Source: Alphaproteobacteria bacterium
Lineage (GTDB): Bacteria > Pseudomonadota > Alphaproteobacteria > Caedimonadales > UBA9215
Length of the DNA: 64,000 nt
Direction: 5' to 3'
Assembly: GCA_024281375.1 (NCBI GenBank)
Contig: JAJSAD010000020.1
Location: 7,070 to 71,069, forward strand
Shown: positions 42,753 through 52,110 of the stretch, one piece after another
Numbering within the stretch: the stretch's first letter is position 1
Layout of the letters: every line of letters begins with the position of its first letter
Program-made: the position numbers and the translations under genes
Notes under the pieces: model-generated
What the model saw: the letters and a program-made list of their open reading frames with translations, nothing else
The model's database searches: none
Told to the model about the DNA's origin: nothing

Positions 42753-44226
42753 ACAGGGGATGCGAGTCAACATAATCAAGGAGTTCTTTGCAGGTCGTCA
42801 CTTTTTTATTAAGAACCATCCAAGCGATATTCTTAAAAATGCCATACTCATTCACATCTAAAACAGGTTCGGATTTCATAATATTTTTGTCAAAATCAAG
42901 CAAGTCTTTATTGTATAATTCCCAGCACACATTTAGAAATTCCGCTAGTAAAATATCACTTACGGGCCTCACAGGTGTCCGACTTCTTTCTGCCGACTTT
43001 GTCCATTTATCCACCCAACCATACATACTTATCTGTCGTCTTGTGTCATCTTTTGCGGCCCGTGCAAAATCAATAACGGTCACCTCTCCTGTGTTAAGGT
43101 GATACAGGAGATTTCGAACAGACATATCATGATGTGTCAGGCCATTTTCTTCAAAGTTAACAAGGGTTTTTAAAAGGGAACGAATGATAGTATATTGATT
43201 TTTTTTGCTTAGGTCAGAGAGTTTTCTTTGGAGACTGACTGTATTTTTAATAAAAGGTATAACAAGTTGAATAGAATTTTTTGTTACTTGTGAGAAGATA
43301 TGGTGGGTGACTTTTCCATAATCATGCCCCTCAAATGATTTCATAATAGCAATTTCATTCAGCATTTCTCGTTCAAGCCATGGAATTTTATAGCGTCCTG
43401 TATCAAGGAGCTGTTCTTTTAAAAGATAATTGTCTTTTCTATAAAGCACTCGAAAAGAAGCAGGACGGAACTCAATAATTTTATCAAAAATCACTTGTTT
43501 GCCTTGGATATTCACTGCTTTTGTGATTAAGACAAAATAGAGGGAGTTATTGCCATAAGTGCTTATCTTTTTGACGGAAATATGAGGAGAACATTTTTTA
43601 AATATTAAAAGAGGGTCAGGAATAAGATGATGAATAGGAGAAGATTTCTCCGGAAGCTCTATAAAAAACATCTTTGTTTTTGACACGAGACTTTCCATAA
43701 GATTTTGTAAATCTTGAAGTTTAATTCCTCTGCGGAGTAAACTTTCTATGTTTGTTAAAAAAATAATATCAAACTGATTGTCATGAAGATTTTGAACATA
43801 GGGGGGGTCAAAGGAAGCGAGCTCAAATTTTTGAACAGGTCTAAAGATGTCTTTTGCATTTCCCCCGCTCTTGAGGTGTATTAATGAGACCTCTTTATTT
43901 GTTAAACTGTTGTGTTTTGTAAAGGTTTCAAAAGCATTTTGTACATCTGTGCTTGTCCCAAGGGCTGTTGCAAGGGAACCATTCCTTGCAAAGAAATGAG
44001 TCAAGGTTACGCCATCCACCTCTAAGGTTCTTAAATGCTCCGGAAAGATACAAGATTCTTGTAAGATAGTAATAATACTAGTTTTATAGTGAGTCTCTTT
44101 AGGATTATAAGTTATATTATTAAGGGGGATATAGTTATGCTGACAGGCAAAACTTTTTAAAGCTATACATGGGAAAATCAGGAGGAGGAAGAGATTTTTT
44201 ATATATAATAACATGACTTTGTGCAT
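42751..44226 (-). CDS. Protein with C-terminal protein-kinase-like domain (possibly WbdD-like MTase-fold/kinase)
   Basis: LLKE, NEIAIM, HHDMSVRNLL, VIDFAR. Central FDIIFL...MFFIELP. Hydrophobic N-terminus. Confidence 0.7.
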   Translation of the reverse strand: MHKVMLLYIKNLFLLLIFPCIALKSFACQHNYIPLNNITYNPKETHYKTSIITILQESCIFPEHLRTLEVDGVTLTHFFARNGSLATALGTSTDVQNAFETFTKHNSLTNKEVSLIHLKSGGNAKDIFRPVQKFELASFDPPYVQNLHDNQFDIIFLTNIESLLRRGIKLQDLQNLMESLVSKTKMFFIELPEKSSPIHHLIPDPLLIFKKCSPHISVKKISTYGNNSLYFVLITKAVNIQGKQVIFDKIIEFRPASFRVLYRKDNYLLKEQLLDTGRYKIPWLEREMLNEIAIMKSFEGHDYGKVTHHIFSQVTKNSIQLVIPFIKNTVSLQRKLSDLSKKNQYTIIRSLLKTLVNFEENGLTHHDMSVRNLLYHLNTGEVTVIDFARAAKDDTRRQISMYGWVDKWTKSAERSRTPVRPVSDILLAEFLNVCWELYNKDLLDFDKNIMKSEPVLDVNEYGIFKNIAWMVLNKKVTTCKELLDYVDSHPL

Positions 44227-44351
44227 GAGGGTTTTCCCAATTTTTTTTAAATGCTAACACGTTAAAGGGGAATTAGCATTTAAAAGGGACTTCCCCTTTT
44301 CCTTTATTTTTGGCTTAATAAGATAGGAAGAAAACAGGGAAAAAAAGAAGA

Positions 44352-46619
44352 ATGTCAGCGTCCTTACAAAGACATCAACAATTTGAAAAACGTCGCCCCA
44401 TCCGCCTCGTGGCTGGTATCCTTTTTTTTATTTTATATGGCATTTACCTTCTATGGCGTATCAAAATTTTTAATTTAGACTCTATTTTCCTGTCGTCTCT
44501 TTTTTATATAATGGACCTTATTGGTTTTATTTTAGGCCTTATTATAATTTTTACAGCTTATACAGGGCGTCCCGATTATCCAGATGGACCAGCACCTGAG
44601 GGATTAAATGTTGATATTTTTCTCCCAACTTATAAAGAGCCAGTGGATATTATTAGGAAAACCATTGAAGCCGCCATTGCCATTGATTATCCGCATAAAA
44701 CCTTTGTTTTGGATGATGGAAAACGTCCTGAGATAAAAGAAATCGCGGAATCATTAGGGGCTATATACCGATCTAGAGAGAAGAATACTCACGCCAAAGC
44801 TGGTAATTTGAACTATGGCCTTACCCATAGCACAGCGGATTTTATTGCCGTTTTTGATGCAGATCATATTCCCCAGCGTGAAGCCCTTGATAAGCTTTTG
44901 GCCTTTATGGGGGATAGTCATGTCGCGATGGTTCAAACACCCCAAGATTTCTATAACATTAATGCCTTGCAGTTCATTGATGGTAAAAAAGACAGAACCC
45001 TTTGGAGCGAGCAAAGTTTTTTTTATAGTACTGTTCAAGTCTGTAATAATAAAGTTAATAGCACTACTGGTTTAGGAACAGGTGTTGCTTATCGACGTCA
45101 AGCCATTGATGAAATTGGCGGCATTCCAGAAGAAACCATCACGGAAGATTTACACACATCACTTCGTCTTCAAAAAGCAGGGTGGCTTACAAAATATATC
45201 AGTGAGGCTGTTGCCTATGGGTTAGCCGCTGTAGATGTTACAGAATTTTATACAACACGCAAACGGTGGTGCCATGGAAATCTTGATGCTATTTGTCAAG
45301 AAAATGTTCTTTTTTGCAAGGAACTAACCTGGCGACAAAAAATGGCTTACATGCGTGTTGCTCTAGCTAGTTTAGAGGGTTTTCAGCAACTCCTTATGGG
45401 AATTATTCCTCCCATCGCCCTTATATTTGGTTTGCAACCTTTTGAAATTACTTCTTTTAATGTCCTGATCGTTTTATTTTTTCCTCTCCTGGCCCACGTT
45501 TTATTACAAGAATTTTGTGGGGGCCGGTTTTGGCCGAGTACTCTTTTGTCTAAACTTTTTTTCCCCATTCATATTGTGTCGTGTGCGGCGGCCTTTGGCC
45601 GTAAAATGTTATGGACATCCTCTAGTAAGAATATAAAAGCACGCCATAATTACAGGCTTTTGGTTCCCCAAATCTCTATGGGAGTTATCAATTTGTTGGC
45701 TGTTATTTTTGGTGTTTGGCGCCTTTATCCTGACTTCAAAACCGGCCCGATTCTTGAAGCCTTTTTACATGTTTTTACGGGAGGGTACGTTGGATCTTCC
45801 TTTAAAGAGATTAATTTCTTTGCCGTTTTAAAGGATGGATATACCGTTGATCTTGTGATGGTTGCGGGTTTTTGGGCTCTCTTTAACGCGCTTAGCATTG
45901 CGATGTTAGTTTATCGAAGTCAGAAAAAAGTTTGGAATTCTGAAGAAGATTACCTGTTTCAAGTTGAACTTCCTCTAGAATTCCAGGTGGGTGAGTCGGC
46001 TAAAATTTATGCCATAACAAAACGGTGTTCTGTGAATTCTATAGAGTTCGACCTTGTGGGCAATAGTGATGATAGATATTCATTGGACAGCATTTTTGAA
46101 GTGACACTCTATACACCCTCAGGAAATTTTCCTATTATATTATCCTCTATTAAAAAAAGACAAAAAGGGGGGTATAAAGCTGAAATTGACTGGGTGAATA
46201 AGCAAGATAAAAAACATTTTGAGGATAATTTATATTCTATCTCCTGGCATCATGATCTTTATCATTACCAGGGATCTTATGAAACACCCTTAGAAAATTT
46301 CACGTCATTTTTTAAGTCTAAGAAAGAAAAAAAGATACCCCTTGTCAAACCTTTGTTGCTTGGAGCTAAAAATGTTGCAAAAAAATCACAGAAATTTGCT
46401 GCCTTAAAGCCCTCTATTGAAGACTTAAATACGTATACCCTTATAAGCTTTAATACTTTGAATGTAGGGGATAAAATAGAATTTGAAGAACTTACACAGG
46501 AGGGTGTGAAATACAGAAGAGCAGAAGTCGTAAATGAAATTCCCAAAGAAAAAACATCTTTTCTTAAAAAAAATCTAGACGGCACAATAGTACAGCACTA
46601 CACTATAGCTATTAGGTAG
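44352..46619 (+). CDS. Cellulose-synthase-like processive GT2 glycosyltransferase
   Basis: DIFLPTYKEP, LDDG, HAKAGNLN, FDADH, QTPQDFYN, TED, TRKRW (QxxRW variant). TM helices on both sides. Confidence 0.9.
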   Translation: MSASLQRHQQFEKRRPIRLVAGILFFILYGIYLLWRIKIFNLDSIFLSSLFYIMDLIGFILGLIIIFTAYTGRPDYPDGPAPEGLNVDIFLPTYKEPVDIIRKTIEAAIAIDYPHKTFVLDDGKRPEIKEIAESLGAIYRSREKNTHAKAGNLNYGLTHSTADFIAVFDADHIPQREALDKLLAFMGDSHVAMVQTPQDFYNINALQFIDGKKDRTLWSEQSFFYSTVQVCNNKVNSTTGLGTGVAYRRQAIDEIGGIPEETITEDLHTSLRLQKAGWLTKYISEAVAYGLAAVDVTEFYTTRKRWCHGNLDAICQENVLFCKELTWRQKMAYMRVALASLEGFQQLLMGIIPPIALIFGLQPFEITSFNVLIVLFFPLLAHVLLQEFCGGRFWPSTLLSKLFFPIHIVSCAAAFGRKMLWTSSSKNIKARHNYRLLVPQISMGVINLLAVIFGVWRLYPDFKTGPILEAFLHVFTGGYVGSSFKEINFFAVLKDGYTVDLVMVAGFWALFNALSIAMLVYRSQKKVWNSEEDYLFQVELPLEFQVGESAKIYAITKRCSVNSIEFDLVGNSDDRYSLDSIFEVTLYTPSGNFPIILSSIKKRQKGGYKAEIDWVNKQDKKHFEDNLYSISWHHDLYHYQGSYETPLENFTSFFKSKKEKKIPLVKPLLLGAKNVAKKSQKFAALKPSIEDLNTYTLISFNTLNVGDKIEFEELTQEGVKYRRAEVVNEIPKEKTSFLKKNLDGTIVQHYTIAIR

Positions 46620-46642
46620 AATAAAAAAAACAGGAATATCTC

Positions 46643-47398
46643 ATGAAAATAATAAATTTAAACAATTTTCTAGCCTCTCTCCTTCTCACAACGTCACTAA
46701 CAGCGACAGCGGCCTTAGCTGATGCTGCTCCCGATGGGCAAAACGATCTTGGTGTTGTTTTTGTTGGGGGCGAAGGACGGGCAAATTTGCTTTATGGTTA
46801 TATCGGAACGGTTATTTCCATTGATAGACATGACTTAGGCTCAGACGGTTGGCTTGTAAAAGCTGTTGCTGGGTATGGAGAATATAAATATTCAAAAGCA
46901 TCCGCAATTGATGGGAAGGGGCATCTACATGGTAAGGTAACGAATGCTGAAATAGAGATTGGTTATGAGTGGAAGTACAATCAACATCTTTTAAGTGTCT
47001 TCCTTGGTCCTGATTACCAACGCAATACGACGAATCACCATGATCCAGGCAATCTATCTCGTGGCACCAAGTGGGGTGGTCAAGCTGGTTTTGAATTTAT
47101 CACGGATCCGTCACAGTTCTTTAATGCTGAATTTGATTCATCCTACTCAACGGCTAATCGACACTTCCACGTCCGTCTTCGCCCTGGGTTTAAATTTTGG
47201 GACAGGGTTCGCTTTGGTCCTGAGGTAAGTTTTTCTGGAAGTCGCTCTTATAATGAACAACATGTTGGTGGATTTGTAACCGTTCTTATGGATGGCTGGA
47301 GTGCCTCAATTCATGGTGGTAATGCTTGGCATAAAGGTTTCCGTGCTAGAAGGAATAACGATGCTTACGTTGGTTTCTCCCTTGGTTTGATGTACTAG
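46643..47398 (+). CDS. bcsS: BcsS-like outer-membrane beta-barrel protein
   Basis: Signal peptide. DGW-V----GYG-Y-Y, DPGN--RG, YST----VRLRPG, GPE---G---Y. Terminal aromatic residue. Adjacent to the GT2. Confidence 0.7.
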   Translation: MKIINLNNFLASLLLTTSLTATAALADAAPDGQNDLGVVFVGGEGRANLLYGYIGTVISIDRHDLGSDGWLVKAVAGYGEYKYSKASAIDGKGHLHGKVTNAEIEIGYEWKYNQHLLSVFLGPDYQRNTTNHHDPGNLSRGTKWGGQAGFEFITDPSQFFNAEFDSSYSTANRHFHVRLRPGFKFWDRVRFGPEVSFSGSRSYNEQHVGGFVTVLMDGWSASIHGGNAWHKGFRARRNNDAYVGFSLGLMY

Positions 47399-47423
47399 GG
47401 CTCACTGAGTCGTCTTTTAAAAA

Positions 47424-47452
47424 ACAATCGGTTTGATCCGGTTGTCTTTTTT
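47424..47452 (+). terminator. Possible intrinsic terminator or attenuator
   Basis: ACAATCGG-TTTGAT-CCGGTTGT followed by CTTTTTT. Confidence 0.5.
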
Positions 47453-47487
47453 ATCAAATTTCTTTTTTGTTTATTGGGAGAAGATAA

Positions 47488-48045
47488 ATCCAAGTTCGTG
47501 TTTCTAGGCGTCAACTTTTAAAGACCCTTGGTGTCGTTGGTCTTGGTGTGTATGTGTACAAGTACGTTGATACATTTTTTTTCACAGATCAGAAATTATC
47601 CTTTGACCTTCCTGAGATTGACGATCTTGAATATCCCTCCCTTGAAATTTTTATAGCCCTCTCTCAGCTCGTTACATTTCATAACAACCTTGATGAAATA
47701 AGTGCTCAAAAACTTTTTAAGATTTTTCTAGAAGAACCGGGCGGGGCGGATAATATCATAAAAACGTATGGTTCCCTTAAAAATTTAATAGGAGAAGGAA
47801 CAAAGCAAGGTCACCTATTAGAGGGTATTAAAACAGGGAATATTGGAAAAACTGAGAAGTGGTTCGCGCAACATCTTCTAACAACTTGGTATACGGGAAT
47901 ATATTATGCTGAAGGTCAAGAGCCCGTACGTCTTCTTCATGAAGACGCTCTCGTTTGGAAGCCTCTTAAAGGGCTTTTGCCTATTCCCTTTGTTGAAAAT
48001 ATAGACTTTGGCCTTTGGGCCAAACATCCTAGGGATCTTGCGTAA
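47488..48045 (+). CDS. Sugar dehydrogenase small subunit (FAD-SLDH-like, Tat substrate), apparent ATC start
   Basis: F--LSQLVT, WYTG, AL-W, G-WA--P. In-frame upstream SRRQLLK Tat motif. GGGAG RBS at 47476. Confidence 0.75.
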   Translation: MQVRVSRRQLLKTLGVVGLGVYVYKYVDTFFFTDQKLSFDLPEIDDLEYPSLEIFIALSQLVTFHNNLDEISAQKLFKIFLEEPGGADNIIKTYGSLKNLIGEGTKQGHLLEGIKTGNIGKTEKWFAQHLLTTWYTGIYYAEGQEPVRLLHEDALVWKPLKGLLPIPFVENIDFGLWAKHPRDLA

Positions 48046-48050
48046 ATAAA

Positions 48051-49634
48051 ATGAAAGAAATCCAATCTGATATTGTGGTTATTGGTTCTGGTATAGCGGG
48101 AGCAGTCGTAGCTTATAAGCTTGCTTTAAAAGGACTAGATGTTCTGATTATAGAAGCAGGTCCTCGTATTGATACCGAAGACGTCAGGAAAAAGTTTGCA
48201 ACAAGTCCCCATATGCATCATAACGCAGGTTATCCTGATGAGGTCCATGCGCCTATTCCAACTTGGACCAAGCGTGATACTTTCTTAGCAATGGGGTCTT
48301 CAAAATTATTGGTTCCTGAATATCTTCGCTGTGTCGGCGGAACAACATGGCATTGGGATGGTGTGACCCATCGTTTTTCTCAAAGTGATCTCTCCTTGAA
48401 AACAACCCATGGGGTTGGTGTAGATTGGCCGCTGACTTATGAGGATTTGTCGCCTTATTATGATGAGGCAGAAAAAGAACTAGGGGTTGCGGGGCATAGT
48501 GAGGGAGAAAGTGCAACATTCCCAATGAAACCAACACCAGCCTCTTATTTAGAAAACTGGGTTCATAACAAACTCAAAGGATCATCTCATGCTCTATCTG
48601 TTTGTCCTATGGCGAGAAACTCAAAGGACTACGATGGGCGTTCTCAATGTCAAGGTTTCAGCACCTGTTCATTAGTTTGTCCCTCAAAAGCCAAATATAC
48701 AGGCGTTGTTCATGTTGAAAAAGCCGAAGAAAAAGGGGCGCATCTTCTTGCTAATACCCGTGTCGATCAGATTATTGTGGGAAAGGATCAAAAAATATCA
48801 CACCTTATTGCAAGAAAACCAGACGGCGCGCCTTTTAAAATCAAAGGGAATCAATTTATCCTTGCGGCTAATGCCCTTGAATCTCCCCGGCTTCTTTTGA
48901 ATTCGGCGACAGAACAGCATCCCCATGGTGTGGCAAATTCTTCTGGATATGTTGGTCGCAATTTAATGCTTCATCCTTCTATTATTGCAAATTATGTTGT
49001 GAAGGAAGATGTTTTCCCCGGGCGAGGCCCTAACATTCATTTTGTGTTAGATAAATATCGAGAGACTCCTTCTCGTACTTCCTACAGTGGTTTTCTTATT
49101 CATTTGTTAAACACCTTTAATGTATATGCTGATTATCATACTCATTTTTTGGATAAAATTTATCCTCCGGCTTTAGATCTGGAAATTGCTGAGCGTTATC
49201 GTAAAAAAATAGAGTTTAATAGTTGTATGGAAATGCTTCCAAATCCAGAAAACATTTTAACGCTTAACACGTCGGAAAAAGATTCTGCTGGGGTGCCAAA
49301 AATGCATATTAAACTGTCTTATTCTGATTATGAGAAAAGATCATTCATAGCCTGTCAAAGTATTTATCAAGACATTGGGGTGCATCTTGAGGCTACTCGA
49401 ACTGAAATATCCGATATTTCTACCAATCATTCTCATCTCATGGGGACTCTTACTATGGGAGATGATTCTAAAAAATCTGTTGTCGATAAATACGGCAGAA
49501 GCCATGATCACCCAAATCTCTTTGTAGTGGGGTATTCTCTTTTCCCAACATCAACACCCGTTAATCCGACGTTGACTATCGCTGCCTTAAGTCTTCGAAC
49601 AGCTTCGGAAATTATTAAAGAGTTGAAAATATAG
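48051..49634 (+). CDS. GMC-family FAD sugar dehydrogenase large subunit
   Basis: GSGIAG, VGGTTWHW, WP--YEDL-PYY--AE-ELGVAG, C-G---C---CP, VGRNLM-H, H-MGT--MG, NPTLTIAAL. Confidence 0.92.
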   Translation: MKEIQSDIVVIGSGIAGAVVAYKLALKGLDVLIIEAGPRIDTEDVRKKFATSPHMHHNAGYPDEVHAPIPTWTKRDTFLAMGSSKLLVPEYLRCVGGTTWHWDGVTHRFSQSDLSLKTTHGVGVDWPLTYEDLSPYYDEAEKELGVAGHSEGESATFPMKPTPASYLENWVHNKLKGSSHALSVCPMARNSKDYDGRSQCQGFSTCSLVCPSKAKYTGVVHVEKAEEKGAHLLANTRVDQIIVGKDQKISHLIARKPDGAPFKIKGNQFILAANALESPRLLLNSATEQHPHGVANSSGYVGRNLMLHPSIIANYVVKEDVFPGRGPNIHFVLDKYRETPSRTSYSGFLIHLLNTFNVYADYHTHFLDKIYPPALDLEIAERYRKKIEFNSCMEMLPNPENILTLNTSEKDSAGVPKMHIKLSYSDYEKRSFIACQSIYQDIGVHLEATRTEISDISTNHSHLMGTLTMGDDSKKSVVDKYGRSHDHPNLFVVGYSLFPTSTPVNPTLTIAALSLRTASEIIKELKI

Positions 49635-49735
49635 CCCTTCCCAAAAAGTCCCAGACGTCGTTATTGCGCTCCTCACCTATAAAAGATAGGCGTCGTCGCT
49701 GATGCCTAGACTGGAACCTTTTTGAAACGACTATA
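49630..49735. mobile_element. Correia-like MITE, copy B (106 bp)
   Basis: TATAG...CTATA ends. Core CCCAGACGTCG...GCGCTCCT...GTCGTCGCT...GCCTAGACTGGAAC shared with copies A and C. Confidence 0.8.
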
Positions 49736-50600
49736 TAACTTGGGCAATGATGTCACTGGTATCAATGGCATTAGAGGCATGGGGAATGGTGTTGCAGGTG
49801 ACAACGCTCTCTACTCCGGATTCAAGGAGCGCTTCATAAGCACCCTTGGCAAAGACAGCATGAACACCGATGCAAATGGGCGGTTTCATTCCTGATTTTT
49901 TGAGGTGAGTTATGGTTTCAATCATGGTCCTTGCCGTTGAGATAATGTCATCAATGAGCACCGGTGTATGGTCTTTATAGAGCTCAACATCGGGAACAGA
50001 AACCTCAACATCTTGATCTCCATGGCGAATTTTCTTGAGGACAATAAAGGGAGCATTAGCTTGTTGAGCCACATCAGAAACCCATTGTTCACTTTCTTCG
50101 TCAGGCCCAATAAGGACGGGGTGGTCAATATTTTTATTAACCCACGTGGCGATGCTATGGGCTGCATGCAAAGCCTTTGCGGGGATTTTATAAATTTCAT
50201 CAAGGGTTTTATGGCGATGAAGGTGAGGGTCGATGGTGATCAGCCAATCAATATGCTGGGATAAAAAGGCTGCAAAAATAGTCGAGGTAATAGCTTCTCC
50301 CCCATGGAACCGTTTATCTTGACGCATGTAGCCGAGGTAAGGAGCCACAAGACCAACGCTTTTTGCCCCGAGTTCTTTTGCTACTTTTGTAAAGAACAAC
50401 AGAGCCATCGCTTTTTTGTCAGGATGATCCAATCCACACAGGAGGATGACTTCATGATTTTTTACATCTGTGTTGAGTTTGACAAAGGATTCTCCATCAG
50501 GAAAATGTCGAATGGTAACATCACCCTGGGTGCATTTTAATTTCCCCGCGAGGTTTTTGGCAAGCTCTTCATAGCCGGGAAAAGTGAATAAAAGAGTCAT
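49731..50600 (-). CDS. Ribose-phosphate pyrophosphokinase-like protein (short type found beside NMP phosphorylase)
   Basis: FPDGE, PYLGYMRQD, DPHLH, GPD, IDDIIST--T. Confidence 0.92.
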   Translation of the reverse strand: MTLLFTFPGYEELAKNLAGKLKCTQGDVTIRHFPDGESFVKLNTDVKNHEVILLCGLDHPDKKAMALLFFTKVAKELGAKSVGLVAPYLGYMRQDKRFHGGEAITSTIFAAFLSQHIDWLITIDPHLHRHKTLDEIYKIPAKALHAAHSIATWVNKNIDHPVLIGPDEESEQWVSDVAQQANAPFIVLKKIRHGDQDVEVSVPDVELYKDHTPVLIDDIISTARTMIETITHLKKSGMKPPICIGVHAVFAKGAYEALLESGVESVVTCNTIPHASNAIDTSDIIAQVI

Positions 50601-50604
50601 AAAG

Positions 50605-52110
50605 CTACTCCTGAATTGTTATAATTTCATCATTATGGTTTAAATAATCAAGGGCATAATCGAGTTCCCCGGGGGAATTTGCGTGAATGGTGAAAAGGGG
50701 GGTATCTTGTGCAACTTTTGACCCAAGGGTGATGTGTAGATCGAGACCAGCAACTTTTGCAAAAGGGGCCCCAGCTAATTTTGCAAGGCGGGCGATTTCT
50801 CGGTTATCTATATGGGTCACACATCCCTTTTTCTCAGCTTTACAAATATGCGTAAAAGGAGCTTTTGGAATGTCTCTCATACCGCCCTGAGCTTTGCAAA
50901 TACGTTGGAATTTATCCCAGGCTTGCCCCTTATCGAGTATTTCAGTTGCGATTTTGAGGCCCTTACCCTTTTGAATATCAGGGGAGAACTCGATGATTTG
51001 CCCTGCAAGGAGAAGAGCGCGTTCTCGTAAATCTTGGGGGGCCTGTGCCTCATTTTTTAAGACTGAAACAATGTCACGGGCCTCAAGGGCGGGCCCTATA
51101 CCTCGCCCAACGGGTTGAGTTCCATCACTAAAAATGACTTTCACAACAATGTCAAGATTGTTTCCAACGGACTCAAGGTATTCTTTTAAGAGATTACCCA
51201 TTTCCGTTGATCTAACTTTCGCTGTGGGACCAATGGGAATATCAATCAAAACGTGGGTAGAGCCTGCGGCTATTTTCTTGGACAGAACAGAAGCAACCAA
51301 TTGTCCTTCGCTGTCAAGGTCGAGGGCTTTTTCTACCCGTATTAAAATATCATCAGCAGGACTCAGCGCAACGGACCCTCCCCATGCAATACAGCCCTTT
51401 TCTTGTTGAACAATATGTTGCATTGTAGCGATATCTAATTTAACAGGGGCCAGAACTTCCATGGTATCTGCCGTTCCTGCAGGGGAGGTGATGGCTCGTG
51501 AAGAGGTTTTGGGCATGGTGAGTCCAAAGGCGGCTACAATAGAAACAAGAATAGGCGTGGTTCTGTTGCCTGGCAGACCGCCAACACAATGTTTATCAAC
51601 AACAATATCAGAGGGCCACTCAAGGCGATCGCCCGCCTCTACCATGGTTCTCGTTAAAGAAACGATTTCTTGAGTGTCAAGGCGCCCCCCGGCACAGGCC
51701 GTTAGAAAAGAGGAGATGTGAATATCAGAGTAACGTCCTTTCGTAATATCTTTAATAATAGAAGAAAATTCTTTTTCTGAGAGGGTGTTGCCATAAATTT
51801 TTGATCGTACAAAGCTTAAAGAATGGATGGGTCTTGCATGGGTGACTTGGATTTCATCCCCTTCATGGGCAGCCAAGAGGCACCACGCATGTTCAGAAAG
51901 AGACGCTTTCCCAGGTGGTAAAATTGATGAGTCAATAATATTCAGGGTCGCGATAATAGAGCGCTCTCCCAGGGTGACGCGCACGCGGGCATGGACTTCA
52001 AAACCTTCTGCCAAACAGATATGGCAATCTTTTCGCATATAAACAACGGATTCTTTATACGTATCAATACCAAGATATCGTAGATGAAGGGGGGAGTGCT
52101 CAAAGGTCAT
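50605..52110 (-). CDS. AMP phosphorylase-like thymidine phosphorylase family protein
   Basis: N-terminal extension (LGIDT...), DKHCVGGLPGNRTT, KTSSRAITSPAGTADTME, ASVLSKK, QPVGRGIGPALEA. ATG 52110 overlaps the upstream TGA. Confidence 0.93.
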   Translation of the reverse strand: MTFEHSPLHLRYLGIDTYKESVVYMRKDCHICLAEGFEVHARVRVTLGERSIIATLNIIDSSILPPGKASLSEHAWCLLAAHEGDEIQVTHARPIHSLSFVRSKIYGNTLSEKEFSSIIKDITKGRYSDIHISSFLTACAGGRLDTQEIVSLTRTMVEAGDRLEWPSDIVVDKHCVGGLPGNRTTPILVSIVAAFGLTMPKTSSRAITSPAGTADTMEVLAPVKLDIATMQHIVQQEKGCIAWGGSVALSPADDILIRVEKALDLDSEGQLVASVLSKKIAAGSTHVLIDIPIGPTAKVRSTEMGNLLKEYLESVGNNLDIVVKVIFSDGTQPVGRGIGPALEARDIVSVLKNEAQAPQDLRERALLLAGQIIEFSPDIQKGKGLKIATEILDKGQAWDKFQRICKAQGGMRDIPKAPFTHICKAEKKGCVTHIDNREIARLAKLAGAPFAKVAGLDLHITLGSKVAQDTPLFTIHANSPGELDYALDYLNHNDEIITIQE

